64,000 bases of DNA from an uncultured Acidobacteriota bacterium (lineage in GTDB: Bacteria > Acidobacteriota > Thermoanaerobaculia > Multivoradales > UBA5704), in NCBI GenBank assembly GCA_963770895.1, contig CAVYRF010000002.1, positions 5,408,001 to 5,472,000 on the forward strand. The letters are read 5' to 3'. How positions within the stretch are numbered: the stretch's first letter is position 1; each line of letters opens with the position of its first letter. Position numbers and translations under genes: made by a program. The notes under the pieces are model-generated. The model ran no database searches. It saw only the letters and a list, made by a program, of their open reading frames with translations, and had not been told where the DNA came from. This document shows positions 59,188 through 64,000 of the stretch, piece after piece.

Positions 59188-59957
59188 GATTCGGCCAGCG
59201 CCTGGGCGAGCAGCGCCGACACCGCCTGGCAGATCTGGCGATAGGGGTCCGAGGCTCGCCAGGCGGCGCCGCGCGGCAGGGGGGGCGGGTCGACCGCGAC
59301 CTCGCCCAGGAGCCTGCCGGGGCGGGCCGACAGGACGGCGATGCGGGTGGACAGGTAGGCCGACTCGTAGACGCCGTGGGTGACGAAGACGACCGTCAGG
59401 CCCTGGTCGCGCCACAGCGCCAGGAGGTCGTCGTTGAGGCGCCAGCGGGTGATCTCGTCGAGCGCCGCAAAGGGCTCGTCGAGCAGCAGCAGGCGCGGCT
59501 CGGGTGCCAGGGCGCGCGCGATGGCGGCGCGCATTTTCATGCCGCCCGACAGCTCGCGCGGATAGGCGCCGGCGAACTCCGCCAGGCCCAGGCGGTCCAA
59601 TGCCGCGGCGGCGCGGCGGCGGCGCTCGGCGCGCGGCACGCCGAGCAGGCGCAGCGGCATGGCGACGTTGCGCTCGACCGTCGCCCACGGCAGCAGCGTC
59701 GGCTCCTGAAAGACAAAGCCCAGGGCCTGCCGGTCGGCGAGCCGCGTCTCCACGGTGCCGGAGGTGGGTTGCAGCAGCCCGGCGATCAGGCGCAGCGCCG
59801 TGCTCTTGCCGCAGCCGGAAGGGCCGAGCAGGCTGAGCAGCTCGCCCGGTGCCACGGCGAGGTCGAGGGCGGCCAGCGCCTCGACGCCGCCGGCGAAGCG
59901 TTTGCCGGCGCCGCGCAGGCGGACGAGCGGCTCAGCGCCGCGGTGGTCCGGCAGCAC
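59184..59957 (-). CDS. ABC transporter ATP-binding protein (NitT/TauT family)
   Basis: GPSGCGKST, FVFQEPTL, LSGGMKMR, LLLDEPF and FVTH. Start (GTG 59957) is uncertain. Confidence 0.92.
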   Translation of the reverse strand: MLPDHRGAEPLVRLRGAGKRFAGGVEALAALDLAVAPGELLSLLGPSGCGKSTALRLIAGLLQPTSGTVETRLADRQALGFVFQEPTLLPWATVERNVAMPLRLLGVPRAERRRRAAAALDRLGLAEFAGAYPRELSGGMKMRAAIARALAPEPRLLLLDEPFAALDEITRWRLNDDLLALWRDQGLTVVFVTHGVYESAYLSTRIAVLSARPGRLLGEVAVDPPPLPRGAAWRASDPYRQICQAVSALLAQALAES

Positions 59958-61023
59958 CGTGCGCAGCAGCCGCGGCGGGGACGTGGGCCGCCCGCATCCC
60001 GACCCGCCGGTTGACGAACCGCAGGGTGTAGGCGCGCGAGATGTCGAGCGCCGGCGCATAGAGGCCGGCGCGGATCATGGTGGCGGCGAAGGAGTGCCAG
60101 CGGGCATCGGTCATGGCGCCGATGCCCAGGGTCTGCGCGTCGCCGGATTCGAGCACGCCGTAGCGCTTGAGCGCCGCGATGCCGTAGGCGATCAGGCCGT
60201 CGGTCATCTCGGGGTTGTCGCGCTTGATCAGGGCGTTGGCGGCAGCGGGGTCGCCATACAGATAGCTGTACCAGCCCTCGATGCTGGCGTCGACGAAGCG
60301 CTGCACCAGGTCGGGGCGCGTTTCGACCAGCCGCCGCGAGCATTCGAGCGTCGTCGAATAGCTGTCGAAGCCGTGGTCCGCCATCAGCAGGACGACCGGT
60401 TGGACGCCCGCCTTGGCCAGCGTGTAGGGCTCGCTCGTCAGGTAGCCCTCCTGGATGGCGTGCGGGTCGGCCAGAAACGGCGCCATGTTGAAGGTGTAGG
60501 TGCGGATCTGGTCGTCGGTGTAGCCGAAGCGCAGCTTGAGAAAGTTCCAGAACGTGGCGCGCGCCGCCGGCGCCACCAGGATGGGCTTGCCCTTGAGGGC
60601 CTCGAAGGTGTCGTTGCCCTGGCCCGGATGGGCCAGCAGCACCTGCGGGTCCTTTTGAAAGATCGCCGCCACGGTGACGACCGGCACGCCGGCGCGGGCG
60701 TAGTTGAGCGCCGCGAAGGAGTCGGCGCCGACGTTGAAATCGATCTGCCCGGCGGCCAGCAGCTGCGAGTTGTTGAGCTGCGGCCCGCCCATGCGCAGGG
60801 TCACGTCGAGCCCATGGCGGCGATAGATGCCGGTCGCCAGCGCCTGGTAGAAGCCGCCGTGCTCCGCCTCCGCCTTCCAGTTGGTGGCGAACGTGACGCG
60901 ATCGAGCGCCGTCGCCGCGGCCCGCGGGGGCACCGTCGCGGGTGCCGCGGGCGCCGCGGTGAGCGCCATCGTCGCCGCCGCAAGGGCGGCGGCCGCCAGG
61001 CCGGTCCGGAGAGGTCGATGCAC
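59932..61023 (-). CDS. ABC transporter substrate-binding protein (NMT1/THI5-like)
   Basis: Signal peptide, NWKAEAEHGGFYQA, AAIFQKDP and GYLTSEP. Confidence 0.9.
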   Translation of the reverse strand: MHRPLRTGLAAAALAAATMALTAAPAAPATVPPRAAATALDRVTFATNWKAEAEHGGFYQALATGIYRRHGLDVTLRMGGPQLNNSQLLAAGQIDFNVGADSFAALNYARAGVPVVTVAAIFQKDPQVLLAHPGQGNDTFEALKGKPILVAPAARATFWNFLKLRFGYTDDQIRTYTFNMAPFLADPHAIQEGYLTSEPYTLAKAGVQPVVLLMADHGFDSYSTTLECSRRLVETRPDLVQRFVDASIEGWYSYLYGDPAAANALIKRDNPEMTDGLIAYGIAALKRYGVLESGDAQTLGIGAMTDARWHSFAATMIRAGLYAPALDISRAYTLRFVNRRVGMRAAHVPAAAAAHGAAGPPRR

Positions 61024-61195
61024 GCCGGGATCGTACCACCCGGGTTTCTCGCCGGTGCGGGCGCCGGCGGGGGGAGCACTCTTGCGGCGCCGGGAGAGAC
61101 CAATCGGTGGCGCGGGGAGAGGTGGTATTGTGGCGGGGTCGATTTGAATGACTACGGTGAGGCCACTTTTGCCCGCAACCCGCGGGCGCCCTGCG

Positions 61196-62683
61196 ATGGA
61201 CGTCCTGCCTGCCGCGCCCCCTTTGATCCGCCTCGACGCGCGGGGTGGCGTGTCGCTGCAGCAGCAGGTCTATGCCGGCATCCGGCGGGCGATCCTGGAC
61301 GGGGTGCTGGGGCCGGGGGCGCGGCTGCTGTCGTCGCGGGCGCTGGCGATGGATCTGGGCGTGTCGCGGACGACCACCCTGGTGGCGCTGGAGCAGCTGA
61401 CGGCCGAGGGCTACCTGACGGCGCGGCGCGGCTCCGGCACCTTTGTGGCCGACGAGCTGCCGGACATGCTGCCGCAGCCCCGGCCGGCGCGGAGCGCGGC
61501 GGCGGGCGGCGCAGCGCCGGGGCTGTCGCGGCGCGGTGCGGCGCTGGCGCGGATGCCGCCGCCGGGGTTGCGCACCGGCGGACCGCCGCGGGCGTTTCGC
61601 ATCGGCACGCCGGGCCTGGACCTGTTTCCGTGGCGGCTATGGTGGCGCCTGGCGCACCGGCGGCAGCGGTCGCTGTCGCCGGCGCGGCTGGATTACGGCG
61701 ATCCGGCGGGCCTGCGCGCGCTGCGCCAGGCGATCGCCGAGCACGTGAGCCTGAGCCGCGGCACGCGCTGCGACGCCGACCAGGTGTTGATCGTCGCCGG
61801 CGCCCAGCGCGGCGTCGACCTGGTGTGCCACCTGCTGCTGGATCCGGACGACCTGGTGTGGATCGAGGAGCCGGGCTACCCTGGCGCGCGCAGCGCCCTG
61901 GTGGCGGCGGGGGCGCGCCCGTGCCCAGTGCGCGTGGATGCCGACGGCCTGGACGTCGAGGCCGGCTTGCGCCGCGCCGCCGGCGCGCGCATGGCCTACG
62001 TCACGCCGTCGCACCAGTTCCCGCTGGGCGTGCCGATGAGCCTGCCGCGCCGCCTGGCGCTGCTGGAATGGGCGCGCGCCGCCGGCGCCTGGATCGTCGA
62101 AGACGACTACGACAGCGAGTTCCGCTACGGGGCGCACCCGGTGCCGTGCCTGCACGGCTTGGATCCGGACGGGCGCGTGCTCTACGTCGGCAGCTTCAGC
62201 AAGTCGGTGTTTCCCACCTTGCGATTGGGTTTCCTGATCGCGCCGCCCAACCTGTACGACAAGCTGGTGGCGGCGCGCAACGCCGCCGACGTGCATCCGC
62301 CGGGCCTGGACCAGGCGGTGCTCGCCGACTTTATCGGCGAGGGGCATTTTGAGCGCCACCTGCGGCGGATGCGCGCCGCCTACCGCGAGCGGCTGGAAGC
62401 CTTCGGCGCCGCCGCCCGGCGCCTGTGCGGCGGCGCCTTGCAGCTGCACGACGTCCGCTCCGGCCTGCACGCGGTGGGCGACCTGCACGGCGTGGACGCC
62501 AGCCGCGTCTTCGGCCAAGCGGCGGCGCGCGGCGTCGAGGTCATGCCGCTGGCCGCCTACTACGTGCACCGGGCGCGCGCCGCCAACGGCCTGGTCTTCG
62601 GCTTTGCCGCGGTGCCGCCCGCGGCCGCCTGCCGGGGCATGGAGCGGCTGGCCGCCGCCATCGAAGCCGCCGCCGCCGGCTGA
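61196..62683 (+). CDS. MocR/GabR-family regulator (GntR HTH plus PLP aminotransferase domain)
   Basis: LSSRALA-DLGVSRTT...QLTAEGYL, YVTPSHQFPLG, EDDYDSEF and GSFSK. Alternative start 61148. Confidence 0.94.
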   Translation: MDVLPAAPPLIRLDARGGVSLQQQVYAGIRRAILDGVLGPGARLLSSRALAMDLGVSRTTTLVALEQLTAEGYLTARRGSGTFVADELPDMLPQPRPARSAAAGGAAPGLSRRGAALARMPPPGLRTGGPPRAFRIGTPGLDLFPWRLWWRLAHRRQRSLSPARLDYGDPAGLRALRQAIAEHVSLSRGTRCDADQVLIVAGAQRGVDLVCHLLLDPDDLVWIEEPGYPGARSALVAAGARPCPVRVDADGLDVEAGLRRAAGARMAYVTPSHQFPLGVPMSLPRRLALLEWARAAGAWIVEDDYDSEFRYGAHPVPCLHGLDPDGRVLYVGSFSKSVFPTLRLGFLIAPPNLYDKLVAARNAADVHPPGLDQAVLADFIGEGHFERHLRRMRAAYRERLEAFGAAARRLCGGALQLHDVRSGLHAVGDLHGVDASRVFGQAAARGVEVMPLAAYYVHRARAANGLVFGFAAVPPAAACRGMERLAAAIEAAAAG

Positions 62684-62692
62684 AGAGCGCCG

Positions 62693-62778
62693 GCCCCTCA
62701 AGAGGAGTCAGGCGCGGCCGGCCAGGCGGGACACTAGCCCCTCAAGAAAAGTCAGGCGCGCCGGCCGGGCGGCGCTAG
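62693..62778. repeat. Imperfect ~44-bp tandem duplication between convergent genes
   Basis: gcccctcaaga(gg/aa)agtcaggcgcg(g)ccggcc...ctag twice. Confidence 0.75.
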
Positions 62779-63467
62779 ACGTTCGCCGTAGCGGCGGCGG
62801 CCGCGGTGCTGGCGCTGGCAGCTCGCGTGGTCAGGGCGGCCAGCCAGCTGTCCAGGCCCTGGCCGGTGCGGGCGGAGGTTTCCAGGATGGGCATGCCGGG
62901 GCGGACCGCCTGGATGTTGCCGTGCGCTTCGTCGCGCGCGAAGCCCACGGCGTCGGCCAGGTCGATCTTGGTGATGACGGCGAGGTCGGCGGAGTTGTAG
63001 ATCGTCGGATATTTGAGCGGTTTGTCTTCGCCCTCGGTGACCGCCATCAGGACGACGCGCAAGGCTTCGCCCAGGTCGTAGCTCGACGGGCAGACCAGGT
63101 TGCCGACGTTTTCGACGAAGAGCAGGTCGAGCGCCGCCAGGTCCCAGTCCGCCAGCGCCTTGTCGACCATCTCAGCGTCCAGGTGGCAGATGGTGCCGGT
63201 GACGATCTGCTGCACGCGCGCCCCCGAGCGGGCCAGGCGCTGGGCGTCGCGGTCGGTGGCCAGGTCGCCCACCAGGGCGCCCACGCGGTGGTTGCGGCCC
63301 AGTTGGGTCAGGGTGGTTTCGAGCAGGCTGGTCTTGCCGGCGCCGGGGCTGGACACCAGGTTGACGACGAAGACTCCCGCGGCGGCGAAGCGGCGGCGCA
63401 GGTCGTGTGCCAGCAGGTCGTTCTTCTTGAGCACCCCCTGGCGGACCTCAAGGATGCGGGTCGTCAT
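62775..63467 (-). CDS. hypB: Hydrogenase nickel incorporation GTPase
   Basis: SSPGAGKTSLL, GTICHLDA, ENVGNLVCP, EGEDKPLKYP and TKIDL. Confidence 0.96.
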   Translation of the reverse strand: MTTRILEVRQGVLKKNDLLAHDLRRRFAAAGVFVVNLVSSPGAGKTSLLETTLTQLGRNHRVGALVGDLATDRDAQRLARSGARVQQIVTGTICHLDAEMVDKALADWDLAALDLLFVENVGNLVCPSSYDLGEALRVVLMAVTEGEDKPLKYPTIYNSADLAVITKIDLADAVGFARDEAHGNIQAVRPGMPILETSARTGQGLDSWLAALTTRAASASTAAAAATANV

Positions 63468-63900
63468 CGACGCTTACCTCCATGGATTTGAGCTCCAGCT
63501 CGCGGCCCTCGAGGACTTCGGGCGTCGGCTCGCCGCAGACGGGGCAGCAGAAGTTTTGGATCGACGCCAGCGTGCGCCGCGCCGCGCAGCGCGGGCAGTA
63601 CACCACGACCGGCACGTCTTCGATCTGCAGGCGGGCGCCGGCGATGGGCGTGCCTTCGGCGGCCAGGTCGAAGGAAAAGAGCAGGGCTTCCTTGACCACC
63701 CCGGCGAGCGGCCCCAGCCGCAGGTGCAGCGCCAGCACGCGCGGGAGCGAGCTGCCGCCGTTGCCGTTTGCGGGGGTGGTCGGGGAGCCGGAGGTGGGGG
63801 AGAGCCCCGACGCGAGCGGCAGGTCTGCCGCTCGGACCTGACTAGCCAGATGATCGCAGGCGGTTTCGATCAAGCTGACGGCGATAGACAGCTCGTGCAT
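63448..63900 (-). CDS. hypA: Hydrogenase maturation nickel metallochaperone
   Basis: MHELSIA N-terminus, CPRC and CPVC, GREL. Carries a ~25-aa low-complexity insertion. Confidence 0.95.
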   Translation of the reverse strand: MHELSIAVSLIETACDHLASQVRAADLPLASGLSPTSGSPTTPANGNGGSSLPRVLALHLRLGPLAGVVKEALLFSFDLAAEGTPIAGARLQIEDVPVVVYCPRCAARRTLASIQNFCCPVCGEPTPEVLEGRELELKSMEVSVDDDPHP

Positions 63901-64000
63901 CGGTCGATCATCCTACCATCGGCCCGCGCCCGCGCCGGCGCCGGCGTCGATTTGGTTCGCGGGCTGGCAGCGACCTTGCTTTAGATCCAGGCAGGGGCGT

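Overview
Very GC-rich bacterial DNA. The ADOP-type permease, GspG-like secreted protein and KLxLxxETL-type peptide leader suggest Acidobacteriota, possibly Thermoanaerobaculia (inference). 1-34.7 kb is part of an NRPS gene cluster. It has three synthetases: [C]-A-T-C-A-T-TE; C-A-T-C-A(Asn)-T-E; and T-C-A(Ser)-T-SULFOTRANSFERASE-C-A(Thr)-T-C-A(Gly)-T. It also has a secreted Asp-box beta-propeller and two MacB/FtsX permeases. 34.9-42.7 kb is a Sec-secreted RHS/YD polymorphic toxin with a C39-peptidase-like N-domain and Ig-like domains inserted in the shell. It is split by a one-base frameshift in a G-run and followed by two tandem immunity-like genes. 42.8-52.6 kb holds an M14 peptidase, an unannotated 45-aa double-glycine RiPP-like precursor, a small secreted protein, a truncated glycosyltransferase and a sulfatase-like gene. 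52.6-57.6 kb is a sulfate-reduction/siroheme operon preceded by an unannotated Cys-rich (CCTC) leader peptide. 57.5-64 kb holds a GspG-like protein, an NMT1/THI5 ABC transporter, a MocR regulator and hypBA. The most notable signals are the CurM-like sulfotransferase after a Ser module, the Cys-sensing leader ORF, a palindromic 42-bp coding repeat at the same site in three C domains, the RHS architecture and the orphan RiPP precursor. All domain and substrate calls are by-eye motif reading, not database searches.
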